Shown here piece by piece: positions 1 to 14,082 of a DNA stretch of 64,000 bases; position 1 is the stretch's first letter, and the number at the start of each line of letters is the position of its first letter. Under the pieces are notes generated by a model. It ran no database searches, was not told where the DNA came from, and saw nothing but the letters and a program-made list of their open reading frames with translations. Made by a program: the position numbers and the translations under genes. The stretch is from positions 47,368,001-47,432,000 of the forward strand of contig OZ231126.1 of the NCBI GenBank assembly GCA_965153355.1, written 5' to 3'. The stretch is from Flaccisagitta enflata (taxonomy: Eukaryota).

Positions 1-471
1 ATTAACTCAGACACTTTTCTGTGAAGCTTGGAAGAGGATAGCAGCATTATAATGTAATTGGAGTGCCCCAGTACACAAGGCAAAGGATGAAAAGTCAAAA
101 TCGTGATTACAACGTTATGCAAATCAGGGGCAAAACGGGGCTTTTAGAAAAAACGGAAGATAACAGAAATTTGAAAAAAGAAAAACAGTGGAGGCATTTA
201 ATTTAGTAACCCCATGATGCCCTAGCGTTATACTCCCAGGGATTAATGTTTTGCATATTGACACACCCGACTGCTGCAACCTTGTCAACCAACCAGTTAC
301 CCTGACAAAAACTAGACAGAGGCCAATACAGAGGCGATGGAAATACAATGAAAGGAGCTGTCAAAATCTCTAGCAACCCTTCCCTGAAGCTTAAATATGT
401 AGTTAATACTACATTGACTTTCAAAGTAGCAACTGATGATATGTCCCAATAAAAATCCCATCATCTAGATT

Positions 472-620
472 TTTAGTCGTGGACACACAACTCTACACTT
501 TGCCTTGTGGGTTGGTCGGTAGTTCAGTCCGTCAGTAACATTTTTTAATTCCGAGCAGTTTTTGCATTACTGCCCTTGCCCAACCGTCCGCGACTGGATT
601 GCCGTGTATCCGGCCTTGTT
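472..620 (+). mobile_element. DINE-1/HINE-like non-autonomous Helentron, family A (representative copy)
   Basis: TTTTTAGTCG... 5' end with adjacent hairpin, (GGTC/GTCC)n microsatellite, CCTGCCCAACCGTCCGCGACT 3' sub-terminal repeat, GCCGTGTATCCGGC hairpin and CCTTGTT end in T-rich flanks; closely similar to 42238-42410. Confidence 0.75.
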
Positions 621-1399
621 TTTATTCAACCTAGTTTTCAAGAAATAGCTGTTTGAAGGGTCAAAATTGACTCTTTCCAGAAACATTATAATCTGTCCTA
701 TTATTGCCATTATCTCAGGTATTTTTAAGAAGGAAATTCAAAAATCACCTTGATGGCGGGAATCAAATGAAGGCACTACCTTGCCAATAAGTATACCGAT
801 ACCTTCAACTAAAGATATCTCATCTTTTAGAACAGCTACTAATTTTAAAGAAAAAAGAAAATAAACTTTGTCAAATTATCTTCAAAATGAATACATTCTG
901 GTTCCTGTAGCTTTAACCAATTAAAGATGACAAGCAAAAGAATAAAAACAGTCATTTTAAAAAGGCTTTAAAATCATGAATGAAAAAGTCAATTCTTCAG
1001 AGACAGCTTCTATTAATGATATCTAGGCTTCTAGAAATGCTACACTTTAAAAAAAAAATTAATCATCATTAACAAAAAATCTTTAAGATGAGCGCAATCT
1101 GGTTTCTGTAGCTTTAATCGTTTAGAAGTTACGAGCGAGACAAAAAACGTATATCTAGATTGATTGGTTCAGCAAAGTGTGTTTAAAAGATGTAAGACCA
1201 CTTTGTCCTTAATGATAACAAGGCCGTATACACGGCAGCATTAGTCGCGGACGGGTGGGCAGGAGCGGAAAACCTCGAAAAGTGACTTTGTTACCGACGG
1301 ACCGACGGACCGACCAACGGACCGAAAAGTGGCTTATAGAGTCGCGTGTCCGCGACTAAAAATCTTGAAAGAGTATGGGTTCGCGACTGGGGTCAATCA

Positions 1400-1660
1400 A
1401 CGTTGTCAAACGGCTTTGTAATACGGCGATGTAATACGGCGTTGTAAAACGGTGTTGTAATACGGCTTTGTAATACGGCGTTGTAAAACGTGTCAAACAA
1501 CATTGTCAAACGACATTGTCAAACGATTTTGTCAAACGACATTGTCAAACGTCATTGTTGAATGGCATTGACAAACGGCATGGTCAAACGGCATTGTCAA
1601 ATGGCATTGGCAACAGCATTGTCAAACGGCATTGTCAAATGGCATTGTCAGACAGCATAT
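1400..1660. repeat. Minisatellite of ~13-bp units (TTGTAATACGGCG grading into CATTGTCAAACGG)
   Basis: Tandem degenerate 13-mers read directly. Confidence 0.85.
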
Positions 1661-2327
1661 GTGAAGCTGTTTCACTTTGAGTCTCTGTAGCAAGTTTTAA
1701 TCAAATTGGTGGAAGAAGGCCAAAATTATACAAGTTTTTTTTCCCCTTTTAAGAAGGAAGTGTGGTTGAGTAATAAACTGGTTTTGCCGGCTAGCATGCT
1801 AAAATTGTGTTAAATCACATTCAAACATTGTGTCGTTTCATTTGAGTCTACATACTACGTACAAGTTTTAACCGAATTGGCTGAAAATGATTTAAGTTTT
1901 GCACATTTATCACTTTTAGGGTGGTAGGCTGGCTGGCTGGTAGGCCAGTTAGCATGCAAAAAACATAAGCATTGAAACCAAGTATCTAAATATTTTATTG
2001 AATAAAGATTTATTCTTACACAAAATCAGAAATATCACAATATTCAAATTAGGGGCTAGTTAGGGATTAAGAAAAAAAGGCAGTTGAACTAAATTAGAAA
2101 AAAAATGATCATCTCAAAATTAATGTACTGATAATACCTGATGATAGCGATCTGATCAAAAGACGTTTTTGCATGTTGACACACCCGATTAACTAAGAAT
2201 TTCATTACTTCAGCTCAAATGAAATGATCTCAAAATTTTTGACTCTAGCTTTCTCTCATTTATTTAATTTCGAATGTAATTAGTAATATTATCAACAAAA
2301 TTGTATTTCTCCAGGTCTCAATCTTGG

Positions 2328-2866
2328 TCAAAAGACCACTGCGTCTGTTGTTTCGCGTGATGATTCGACCAATGCTAGCAGTTCCTGAACGGGAAGAAGG
2401 GTATTACTACCAATTGAATTGTAAAACCTGAAGTAAACCCCATTTGTGAAACTTCAAATCTTTCAAAAGCTGAGCGCGTGAGCAAGCATTTAAACCAAGA
2501 AAGCGAAACGTTTTGAAAGCTGAGTTTACCTGTAGTTCAGCTTGAACCCCTCGCACTCTTTCATTGAGAGGTTCTCTCTGGGATTCTTCATTGGTGGAGT
2601 TCTGACGGTACAAAAAATACTTGGGAAGTCAATACGAATAGAGGCCGTTTCATCTACTAGCAAAATCAAGCGCATTCGCACTCGCGCCTCACCATATTCG
2701 TCGTCGTGTCGCCGTCATCCCTTTGCTCTGATGATGAGCCATAGTGGTCGGATTGTCTTACAATAGTCTTGGGCAGCGTCGCTTCCGTGTCCCCTACGCC
2801 ATTTTCCTTCATGTGGTCCTTAACATCACTGAATTCTTCTTCGTCGAGTAACCTGGCTGACTCAAT
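2328..2866 (-). CDS. Last three exons of an unidentified protein-coding gene (2866-2762, 2601-2530, 2384-2328): IESARLLDEEEF...LPKTI/NSTNEESQ...AELQ/ELLALVESSRETTDAVVF*
   Basis: Each exon has a CAG acceptor; donors are GTAAGA and GTAAAC; all junctions phase 0; lengths 105, 72 and 57 nt ending in TGA. Confidence 0.6.
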
Positions 2867-2882
2867 CTGTAATGCGATGCAG

Positions 2883-3501
2883 TCGGGTGTGTCCATATGC
2901 AAAGTGTTTTTGATGAGACCATCAACATCAGACAGTATAAGATATTAAAAACTTTAATGTTTTTATTTTATCTAATTTCATTCATCTTTTTTATCATCAT
3001 CAATTTTATCAAATTTTATCAAATTTTATCAAATTTTATCAAATTTCATTCATCTTCCATTTTTTTCAAAACCCCTTTTTAGACGCTAATTTGTATATTG
3101 CTGTGTTGATGATTTTCTATCAGTATCATTGTTACTGAACTTAATCAGATTCAATATATTAATATTCAATATATAAATATCTTTGTGCTAATTTTAGTTG
3201 CAACAAAGTAATGGTTGTTTATTTAAGTTGCAACAAAGTAACGGTTGTTTATTTATCACCAAAGTTGTATAAAGAGTAAATAACCAATCTTTTCTGTAGA
3301 TGTTATGAGTCTTATTTTCACCAAAACTCAGTGCAGATGCTGGAAGTATATATATTTTTGACAATCTTTCCTGCGCTAAAAAAATGGAAGATGATGAAAA
3401 TTTGAAAAAATAAAAATGCTAAAAGTTTTAAAATTTTTTTATTCACACTCCCTAATGTCGATGATCTAATCAAACATACTTTTGCATATTGACACATCCG
3501 A
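2883..3501. mobile_element. MITE with ~50-bp TIRs and 9-bp TSD (Mutator-like)
   Basis: Ends TCGGGTGTGTCCATATGCAAA... / ...TTTGCATATTGACACATCCGA; direct repeat GCGATGCAG at 2874-2882 and 3502-3510; same end motif also near 250-270 and 2170-2188. Confidence 0.8.
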
Positions 3502-3936
3502 GCGATGCAGCGACATCGAAGAATTGAGTTTACAGGGGAAATCACGGCTCATGGGGACAAAAATAGCAATTTGACCTAGAAAGCAATAAAGACTGATTTT
3601 TATCTATTCAGTTGTTTCATCATAATGATATTGTTTCAGTGTTTTGAATAAAAAAATCCACCCTGTTCTAGGGAGGGAGTGTTACAGAAAGTATTTGCAG
3701 AAGAGCGGAATGTTCCTTGGAATCACATATGCTGTTATTGGATCAGGAGTTGTGTCTTTTATGTAATTTCAAAATGATGATATGGTAATTATGGTATTCA
3801 TCATTTAAGAAACTTCCACTTATATTTGCTTAACCATATGCAATTAATGATTTATAATATCGACCTCGTTCTCTGAAATCTTGAACAGCATGAAGTGACA
3901 ATGATTCAAGCAAAATTTGAGAATCTTATTTCAATA

Positions 3937-4207
3937 CAGTTAAACCCCGCTATACCGGATCCAAGAAGAACGGAAATCCGCCTATAACGAGTGCTGAGAC
4001 AAAGTCCCTACCATTTCTCTTTAATTTCTTTGTTAAAAAATTCCTATAAAACCGGATCCAACTATAACGAGAAATCCAAGAATACCGCATGCACTGACCA
4101 GTCCGCAGACCTATAGCCTTTCGCCAATAACAGACGGCGGCTGCCAAAAGAAGAAGCGCGAATTCATCAATGGGCAGGGGCGAGAGTTAGTCATTAGTTG
4201 AATCGAA

Positions 4208-4266
<59 letters not shown>

Positions 4267-5414
4267 TTGTAGCCAGGTTGATGGGCACTACATTCATTTA
4301 ACAAATTTGGTTCGCTTTTCAGTTTTTAGTCACCTTCTACGCGACTCTACACCCCACTATGTCGGTCCATTGGTCATTTGATTGGTCGGTCGGTCCCCTT
4401 TTTATCTTTTTGGCGTTTTTGAGCTTTTTGAGCCTACTGCTCCTGCCCAAATTCTCTAGTGACCTTCTCCAGCACTGCCCCTGCCCACCCGCATGCGACT
4501 AGGGTAGCCATGTATCAAGCTTTGTTTCACAAAAAGAAAAAAAAATAATTGTGCCGCTCATACAAAACTGCTTCCAGCATCCTTCACTGATTCATTAAAG
4601 ATAGAATAAAGATTTGCACGGAATTAGCGTCAAGCAGAGTCATAAGGACATCACCATGTCATAATCTTGAAGTTGTGTAAAAATGTTGAGGTCATAGGTC
4701 CCATGGTGCAAAAAAAAAAAAAAACTACGCAAAATAAATGATTGTGCAGCACCTGAGGGTGGCTCAATTTTTTGAATAAGTGACGTGAGGTCACAATATT
4801 GTTGCTGACAAGTAGGCAGGGGCAGCTAACCCCCAGCCTCACCCCAACCCCCTTCCTACACACTAACACACACACACACACACATTCAATGCGTGTTTTT
4901 TTTGCGTTTTCAACTCAAGCGTGATGAACGGACCGACGGACGGACAAAGCCTCTTACAGAGTTGCGTGTCCGCAACTAAAAACTGGAGATGCGGCTGAGA
5001 GGGTTCATTAGTCTGATCGTCCATAAATAATGCATGAGTTGCTGAGTGAAGAAACGCGCATTTTTAGGTATGGACTAGCAACTCTATAAGGGGTTTAGTT
5101 GGTCCATGCGTGGGTTGCGTCCTAGTTGGAACGTGCTAAAAACGCGCATCATAGATTTGTGTTGAGTTGGGGGAGGGTGATATGCACCCCTGTCCACCTG
5201 TCTGCTTTAGATATTTGCATAAGTTTCAAGTTTTCAAAATTCATTTTATTGTAATGCTAAAGGCTTTTTCCTTTTGTTTTACAAACACAAAGCGTATTGC
5301 AAAGAAGATAGCAAAGAAGATAGTTAAGGATAATCATTTTTGCAAAAACAAAATCCGCCAATAACGCATAAAATTTGTTGGTCCCTTCAGATCCGTTATA
5401 GCGGGAGTTAACTG
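3937..5414. mobile_element. Tc1/mariner(pogo)-type MITE halves with TA flanks bracketing ~1.2 kb of other DNA
   Basis: TA|CAGTTAAACCCCGCTATA ... TATAGCGGGAGTTAACTG|TA; compact ~180-bp relative at 26425-26601. Confidence 0.55.
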
Positions 5415-5518
5415 TATCTTTATGTTATTAATTTATTTCAAATACATAAACATATTAAAACTTTGATTTGGCCAACTTTCTGTGCCTGGCTGAACGAGAT
5501 TCAACTACCCTTGATATA

Positions 5519-6242
5519 CAGTATGTTTTTTTTTCGAATGCAACTTTACATGACGGCATAACTCTAAAAGTAATAGAGATAATCTAATCCTGAAAAAAAT
5601 TCCAAAAAGCTGATGGTGATGCATTTTATAATGTGTAACTCCAAGGACTTTTTTACAAAAATCTATACCTTTTGAAAAATGACAAAATGTTGTTCAAAAT
5701 CAGCAAAAAACACTATTATTTTAGGTTTTTGGCGGAACAGTTTGTCTTAAAGTTGCTCTTAATTCTAAACGGATTGAGCTAGAAATACCAGATTGGTCTC
5801 AAATTAAAGCTAATTAACAATAGTTTTAAGAAATACTAACAGGAAAAATTTTTCTTCAATGGTATATCACATCAGGCATGAAAAAAATTGGTGTCTCGAC
5901 AAAAGTTTTGATCAAAAATTGATTCACAGTTCACAAATCGATCTGAAACATCAAATGAGCATTTCAAGTCAAGCTGTCCCAAAAAACTCCTTCAAAATAC
6001 CTTCCATTTGGGACCAATCTGGTATCTATAGCTCAATTCGTTTAGAAATGAGAACAATTTCAAGGGAAACAGTCCAAATGACAAATTTAAAAAAAAACAA
6101 TTTGGATTTGATGACATCAACTTCCATCCTTGTTCAAAGGGCCTCATTTTTGTGAAAAAATCCTGGGAGCCACACATCATAAAATGCATCAACACTATCT
6201 TTCAGGAACTTTTTTCAGAATTCAATTATCTCTATTACTTTT
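5519..6242. mobile_element. Tc1/mariner-type MITE, left part, truncated where a HINE-like element begins
   Basis: TA|CAGTATGTTTTTTTTTTCGAATGCAAC left TIR; 6050-6242 matches 10841-11033; complementary right TIR found only at ~11055-11081. Confidence 0.6.
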
Positions 6243-6819
6243 TGTCCGCGACGGAATACCATTCCGACGCGGACTATAATTCGAGGCGGGTGGGTGTCGT
6301 CGTCGTCGTTGTTGTCGTCGTTGTTGTCGTCGTCGTTGTCCACACTTTTAAAAATGGGCTAACTTTTGAACGCCTTGACCGATTTGCTTCATATTTGGAG
6401 GGAAGTTGTACTAGGGTAAGCCACTTTACATCCTATGCGTATGTTATGATCCGACCCACCCAACCGGCCCAACCAGCCTACCAGCCTAAAAGTGAAAAAC
6501 GTGCATAACTTCGTCATTTTTCAACCAATATGGTTGAAACTCGGTATATAGTCTCTAAATGGAAGGACTCAACATATGTATTTGATTTGTACAGATTTTA
6601 GCATGTTAACCGGCCAAACCGGCCTACCACCCAACCAGCCTACCAGCCTAAAAGTGAAAAACGTGCATAACTTCGTCATTTTTCAACCTAATAATCATAT
6701 ATATTATATATATATTATATAATATAATGTATATATTATATTATATTATATATATTTTATCATGACCGTGGGTGATGCGTTTCAGCCACATGTTAGGCGT
6801 TTTGGGCAGGCGCGTGATA

Positions 6820-7311
6820 CACTTGTTTCTTTTTATAAGAACCAAGTTTATAAGGACGTTAGGCTTAAGATCGTCAAAAATTTAAGAACATGCTAAGAAC
6901 ACTGGAAGCCTTCATTTCTTCAAAAATTTAAGAACATTCAGCTTAAAATCTTTTAATCTTAGATCTTGAAATCTTTAAATCTTTAAGAACAAGCTAAACA
7001 TACTAAAAAGCTTCATTATTTCATTGAAAATAAAAAAACTTAACATAATTTTATAATTCCTTTTCTTTTTATAATGGTTTTACTCTAGTTTTATTTACTA
7101 AGAATTTTGAACTTACAGCTTTGTTGTTTCATTGACATTTTCCCTCAATTTTTCATAGAAAACTAATTCAAACCAATAAACGTTTTTGATTGAAGGTTAA
7201 AGACTGTGTTCAAATGAAGAATAATTTAAGAATGGTTAAGCCTCAAAAATGCCTAAAATTTAAGATCATTGAAGGCTCAAAAAGTGACATTCTTATAAAA
7301 AGAAATAAGTG
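6820..7311. mobile_element. MITE with TA TSD
   Basis: TA|CACTTGTTTCTTTTTATAAGAA ... TTCTTATAAAAAGAAATAAGTG|TA. Confidence 0.75.
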
Positions 7312-7439
7312 TACTTTTCATTTTTTTTAATCGCGAGTGATTGCTGTGCAAGACACATTATGGCCACGTGGTAAACATTACAGCTGTGCAGGATGCATTA
7401 TTATTTATTACCGCAAGGGACGCACTATGGTTGCGAAGA

Positions 7440-8350
7440 GTGCATAACGGCCGCAAGGAGCGCATTACGGCCGCAAGAAGCGCATTACGGCCACAAGAAG
7501 CGCATTACGGCCGAGCGGGACGCATCCCGTCCTCAGCGACCAAATCCCAAGTTTTGCAACCTATTTTCAACTTGAAGGATCTGGTCCTGACTTAATCCTG
7601 ACCTCGGCGACCGTATCCCGACCTCAGCGACCTAATCCCGGCCTCAGCGACCTAATCCCGGCCTCAGCGACCTAATCCCGGCCTCAGCGACCTAATCCCG
7701 GCCTCAGCGACCTAATCCCGGCCTCAGCGACCTAATCCCGGCCTCAGCGACCTAATCCCGGCCTCAGCGACCTAATCCCGGCCTCAGCGACTAATCCAGC
7801 CTCAGCGACCTAATCCCGGCCTCAGAGACCTAATCCCGGCCTCAGCGACCTAATCCCGGCCTCAGCGACCTAAATCTGGGCCTCAGCGACTGATCCGGCC
7901 TCAGCGACCTAATCCCGGCCTCAGCCAATCCCGGCCTCAGCAACCTAATCCAGCCTCAGCGACTAATCCCGGCCTCAACGACCTAATCCCGGCCTCAACG
8001 GCCTTATCTTGGCCTCCAACGACCTAATCCCCGCCTCTCAGCGACCTAATCCCGGCTTCAGCGACCTAATCCCGGCTTCAGCGACCTAATCCCGGCTTCA
8101 GCGACCTAATCCCGGCTTCAGCGACCTAATCCCGGCTTCGGCGACCTAATCCCGGCCTCAGCGAACTAATCCCGGCCTCATTGACCTTATCAACGCCTAA
8201 GTGACCCAATCACGGTCTCAGTGACCCAATCTCGGTTTCAGTGACCTAAGGGACATACTTGCGACCTCCGTGACCTGATCGCCACCTCAGCAACCAAATT
8301 TTAGCCTCAGCAACTTAATGACGGCCTCAGCAACCTAACGACGCCGCAAA
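7440..8350. repeat. GC-rich 20-bp minisatellite (GCCTCAGCGACCTAATCCCG)n preceded by a short (CGCATTACGGCCGCAAGAAG)n array
   Basis: Perfect units at 7641-7790, degenerating towards both edges. Confidence 0.95.
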
Positions 8351-8988
8351 ATCGCGACCTAACCTTATAGTCGCACGCTACGCGACTGTTAAGTCACTTT
8401 CGATTGGTCCATCATTCTGTCTGTTTGTCTGTCCATCTGTCACAAAGTCGTTTTCAAGGCTTTCCCTCTCGTTTTTTTTATTCAGTCTGAAGGTACTTAA
8501 CTAGTAAACAGCCATCTCAACTGTCTTTTTGAAAAAAAATGTTTGTCTGTCTGTCTGCCTAACTTTTTTTGAAATTGTCGACGCACGCGACTTATAGGTC
8601 TAACGATCTTGTTAACCTGGTTATGATATGGCTTAGCCTCAGTTTAGATCAATGATTCAATAAGGACAAAGAATTAGCAAAGATTCATAAAATCAACATT
8701 CTAAATTAAAGATCCACGAAGAAGAAACCAATTTTTAATACAGAAAAAAAAAAAAAAAAAAAAAGAACGAAAAAAAAAAAAAACAGCCCAAAATTGACAA
8801 AAAGCAGCAAATGACGAATTTCACGTTTCCTCTTTTTTGACGCCGGTTTCCATTTCCGGCGTGACAATATTGCCAGTGACAGTGTTCCACATCGTTGGCA
8901 ACAAATATATCGGCAAAAGTGTTACTGACTGAAATTCCGTAAATATGAGCGTCAAGTTTGGCATTACAAGAATGAAAGATTGCTATTT

Positions 8989-9031
<43 letters not shown>

Positions 9032-9112
9032 CGTCGTTTTCGTTCATGATAAGAGGGATCTGTTTTAGTTTTTGTTGTTGTTTTCCTTGTTGGTGGTGGT
9101 ATGGTTTTCATT

Positions 9113-9891
9113 CTATTCTGCATCTTCATCATCTTGGTCAGACACGTGTGCTGCCGCTTTCTCCCAATCAACTTCCTCCTCGACTTCCTCCGGAGTCCTG
9201 TTCCCTTGACTCAAAAATTGGTGAGTAGGCTGCAATTGCTTCCTCCTGAAATACTGATTGATGCCCGGGAAATGGTGTAGCATTTGGGTGCTTCACATAG
9301 CAAGAGATTGGTTATTTCTTGACCACTCTTTTGAATATAAGTGGTAATTTTAGAACACATTTACATTTTTTTATCAAAATGGTTAAGTCTTATTTTTGCA
9401 GAAAAATGTTTTTAAGACCTAATTTACTTTGCATAATGCAGTGGCATAAAACAATATGCTGATATTTTTTGAATTAGCTTTTAAAAATTTCTACTCTTTA
9501 TAGAATTGTTAACCTGCTTTTTCAATAGATCTTCTATAGCTTATGTTCTAAGATTTTAGTTTATTTTTACAAAGATCATGATTTTCTGAAAAAAATAATT
9601 GTCCTTTTTGTCCCCGACGAACAGTTTTCGTCGGTGACTATGAAGTAGCAGTGATGTGTAGTGAGAACTTTAGAGCTAAAACAAAAACAGAAGATCAAGG
9701 AATTTTGAAAAAAAAAAAAAGGTAATCTTCATGATTTTTGCTTCTCCACATTACTTAAGTAGAGTGAAGGGATACTCCAAACTTTTGCTTTATTGAGCAC
9801 CCAAGTGTAGCATTAAGGAAAGTTGTTTCTTCCATATCGTCTTTAACTCGGAGATTCGCAAGCAGTCGATCAACATTTCGCAGTCGAGTTT
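9113..9891 (-). CDS. Putative last two exons of an unidentified gene (9891-9801, 9245-9113): ...TRLRNVDRLLANLRVKDDMEETTFLNATLG/RKQLQPTHQFLSQGNRTPEEVEEEVDWEKAAAHVSDQDDEDAE*
   Basis: TTTCAG acceptors, phase-2 junction consistent, open frames with acidic tail; donor GTGCTC is weak. Confidence 0.45.
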
Positions 9892-9956
9892 CTGAAAAGC
9901 ATTGGGTTGGAAACATGGTAGTTAATATTCATGATTGCTTTTATTGTTGTTGGTGG

Positions 9957-10009
<53 letters not shown>

Positions 10010-10150
10010 GAAATATCCGGATATTGATATCCACATAAAACATCCAAATAAGCTTATTAATGCAGACACACCTTGAGTGAGTTTTGCGGTAATAGGGGTC
10101 ATTGTTCCAATTTTTACTTTTGCGTTTCTGTACAGCAGTCTTCCTACGAC

Positions 10151-10702
<552 letters not shown>

Positions 10703-11419
10703 CTCAGTGGTTTCGGAGTAAAGAAAATAAAAATGAAAAAGAAGAAAAGACGCGACGCTTCTTCGCAAGAATTCGATGCTCGAAGATAATAAGTCAATCT
10801 AGCAACCAATTTTTCGAAGCAGCAACAGGAGTCACTGATGAGAGCAATTTAAACGGAAACAGTCCTAATCGCAAAGTTTTGTAAAGAAACAATTTGGATA
10901 TGATGACATCTACTTCCGTGCTTATTCCAGGGACCAAATTATCTGAAAAAATCCTGGGAGTCACATATCATAAAATGCATTAACATTATCTTTTAGGAAC
11001 TTTTTTCAGAATTCAATTATCTCTATTACTTTTAGAATTATGACGTCATGTAATGTTGCATTCGAAAAAAAAAACAAACTGTAGCCCCCCCCCCCCCGCT
11101 TACAGCGGACAATAATCTTTTGTCCCTACAAGACATTTCTCTTTGTTTCCTATATTGGCCAAAACAGAAGTGCAATAATAGTGAATAGAATTTGTCAGTC
11201 CCTTGATGTCTGTAGTCTGTTATTGCAGGATGTAACCATAAAATAGCCTCTTATTTATGAAAATTGCTTGGGAACATTTTTTTTTCAAACGCCCAAATAT
11301 TGAAGTCCCGATTTGCTAACTTGGATGCCTCCTTTCGTACAATTTTATCAGAGCTTCCTCACAAGCTGCTTTAGCAGGTTCATCTGATTCCGGTCCGCTT
11401 TTATTTGCCATCATCTCAG

Positions 11420-11563
11420 ACTTATACCACAGACACGCAAGTTCCTGACTCGGCTGGGACAGGGACAGCCTATGTTGGTGGCGTCAAAACGCGCAATGGC
11501 GTCATTGGATATGATGAGAGGGTAACGAAAGGTGACTGCGCCTCCACGGCAGAGGAGAAAAAG
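11420..11563 (+). CDS. Alkaline phosphatase internal exon carrying the catalytic Ser motif (TYTTDTQVPDSAGTGTAYVGGVKTRNGVIG...)
   Basis: QVPDSAGT and GVKT motifs of metazoan alkaline phosphatases; CTCAG acceptor, AAG|GTGACT donor, 144 nt, phase 0/0. Confidence 0.9.
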
Positions 11564-12007
11564 GTGACTACAAATACTAATTTAATGATATGCACCGTAA
11601 TCATTTATTTCTTTGAGATATACCAGGTGTGAGCAATTTCAAATGAAATTTTGGAAGCTTTAGATATGATTTGTATGGGTGGCAAATCATCGTTTTCTGG
11701 ATCTATCAGTAAAGATGGAACCATTATAAGAGGTGTGGAGGGACCAAAATTGTAGCACCTCCCCCTACAGCCCACACCACTGTTGATATTTCTCCACTCT
11801 GTGTAGTAGTTTATACCTTAGGTGAATACAAACTTATTCAACGAGGCAATTCTTAAAATTCCATCAAGAACCTTTCTAAATAATTAATTTTTCCTATTTT
11901 TAAAACAAAAAGGTCAATTGTGGCGATTCATAGAGGAGCCTCAAAAATAGTTTGGATAAAAAAAAAGTTTTTACCCAAGGTATAATCCACTACTCAGATT
12001 AAAGGTA

Positions 12008-12648
12008 ACAGGTCGCCCAATGGCAATATGTGGTCAGCGATACCCATTGCCCTGCTTTGCATGATTGTGAATTTGTGTGAGGGGTAGCAGGGCAGCGGCC
12101 CCGTTCGTCCTGCCTGAAAATGTTGATGAGATGCTATAATCAGCTGATTGAAGGCCTTCAAGAGTATGAAGGTTTTTCCAAGGCTAACTTGAGGCTCAGG
12201 AGGCCAGGTTTGAGGCCATCAGGCGTGACAGGCCAGATTTGAGGCCTGACAGACCAGATATGAGGCCTGAGAGGCCATATTAGAGAGGCTGGATTTGAGG
12301 CTGGAGAGGCTAGATCTAAGACCTGAGAGGGCTAATTGGAAGCCTGAGAGGGCTAATTTGAGGCCTGCAAGGCCAGGTGTGAGGCCTGATGGCCAGATTT
12401 GAGGCCTTCAAGGCCAGATGAGGCCTGAGAGGCCAGATGAGGCCTGAGAGGCCAGATTTGAGAGGCTGGAATTGAGGCTTGAGAGGCCAGATTTCAAGCC
12501 TGAGAGGCCGGATTTGAAGCTTGAGAGGCCTGATTTGAGGCCTAAGAGGCCTGATGGGGGGGACAACAGACAAACAAACGGACAGATGAACAAAAGTCCC
12601 CCTATAATCTACAGGACTTCGTCCCCTTTGGGGCCGCTGCCCAAAAAG
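12008..12648 (-). mobile_element. HINE-like family B element with central 21-bp array, nested in a ~1-kb TIR element (~11717-12713)
   Basis: GGGCAGCGGCCCC...GGGGCCGCTGCCCAAAA sub-terminal inverted repeats, (GAGGCCTGAGAGGCCAGATTT)n core; outer TIR GGAACCATTATAAGAGGTGTGGAGGGAC. Confidence 0.65.
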
Positions 12649-13900
12649 CATTACTGTGGGCTGTAGAGGGGGTGCTACAATTTTCGTCCCTCCACACCTC
12701 TTATAATGGTTCCCTCTGTAGAAGCTGAGATTACATCGATTTTTTTCTTGATAGATTTTCTTTAAGCATTCTGAAAAAGATTCCATCGTTTCAACAAGCT
12801 GTTACTAAACTGAATCAAAGGTTTTTCTCATCGGGAATAGAAATTTTTGAATTTGATTTTACAAAAAGCTGAATATTGAAAGTTCTATTTTTGTGTTGGT
12901 GCTAACTCCCAATACGTCTGCCTACCAGAATTAACCAAATCGGATCATGCATTTCAATTAGGCGAGCCAGTATTATTTCGTCCATGCATTGTTATTGTCA
13001 GAATTTTGATGATCTTGGAAATGATCATTCGAGATCTCTAATGGATATGCCATCAAAAGATTTTTCATTACCATAAATCAAATCATAGATATTTTAAACT
13101 AATTAGGCTAGACAGGTGAATTTTGCATTTCTTTAAGACGGCGAGCATTTGATGTCAACATTTAGTGTTTCATCCCATTTCTTTTTTTCAACTTTAGTTG
13201 AATGATTATGATGCAACGGATATTTTCATGAGATAAATTGTCTCCAGAAATACTCTATGTGTATGTCTTTGTCAGATGCTGACCTATGAAAAGCCATTAA
13301 ATCAGCAATTGACAAGAGGAAAGCAAAGAAAATGAGGATTTTTAGTGTAATTTTGGTTGCCCTTTTTATCTTAAAATTGTAAGACTCACAAATGCAAAAA
13401 AAATTTTGCATTTCTAAACACATAGCCGCCTATGCAATCAATCTTCGAACCCGGCTATGTTCTTCATTTTTTGTGTTTTTTTATTTTCTATGCAAAGTTA
13501 TGATTTTGACAAGCCTCCTATCAGTGAACAAATATCAAATTTTGAATATTTTCAAGTGAAAATGTTTACTGAATGGTAGTTTTACTTGCTCTTTTGTCTT
13601 ATATGAATGCAATAAAACATTTACAATGATATACCTGAATAATTTTTGCATGTTATTTTGTATTTTCATTGTCATAAAATTTTTGATTTTGTCCCCTGTT
13701 GCCGTCGGATGCTCGCTTTCGTAACGCTTTTTGTTCTTCAAATTTGATTGTTATCAGTAATTTTTTCTGACAATCAATAATCACATTCATGACCTATCCG
13801 GTCTACAAATTTTTCAAGCATATTTCAAAACTTTGTGCTGGAAAAGCTTAGTCCTTTTCTCAACGGGCAGCACTGTAACCTTTGTCTGATTGTGTTGCAG

Positions 13901-14082
13901 GTGGAATCTTTTTTGACAGTAGGCAGTCGTCTAGGTTATGCCGTGGGCGTGGTGACGACGACTCAAATCACTCACGCATCTCCCGCTGCCACTTACGCTC
14001 ATTCTGCCGATAGAGGCTGGCAATTTAAGGCCGAGGGTGACTGCCAAGACATAGCCTCGCAACTCGTACACAACAATCACAA
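13901..14082 (+). CDS. Alkaline phosphatase internal exon (VESFL...GVVTTTQITHASPAATYAHSADRGW...DCQDIASQLVHNNH)
   Basis: GxVTTTxITHASPA and AHxxxRxW motifs; TTGCAG acceptor in phase with previous exon; AA|GTGCGT donor phase 2. Confidence 0.9.

Noticed and set aside
330-410. GDG motif (YRGDGNTM) as the AP N-terminal metal-binding exon
   Set aside because: Lacks the preceding hydrophobic NVILF strand and suitable splice sites
7620-8180. Possible CRISPR-like array (also the 162-bp array at 43.2-44.8 kb)
   Set aside because: Units are contiguous with no unique spacers, no cas genes, eukaryotic context
9142-9220. Plus-strand exon with GTGAGT donor as an upstream alkaline phosphatase exon
   Set aside because: Peptide has no AP similarity and overlaps a better-supported minus-strand terminal exon
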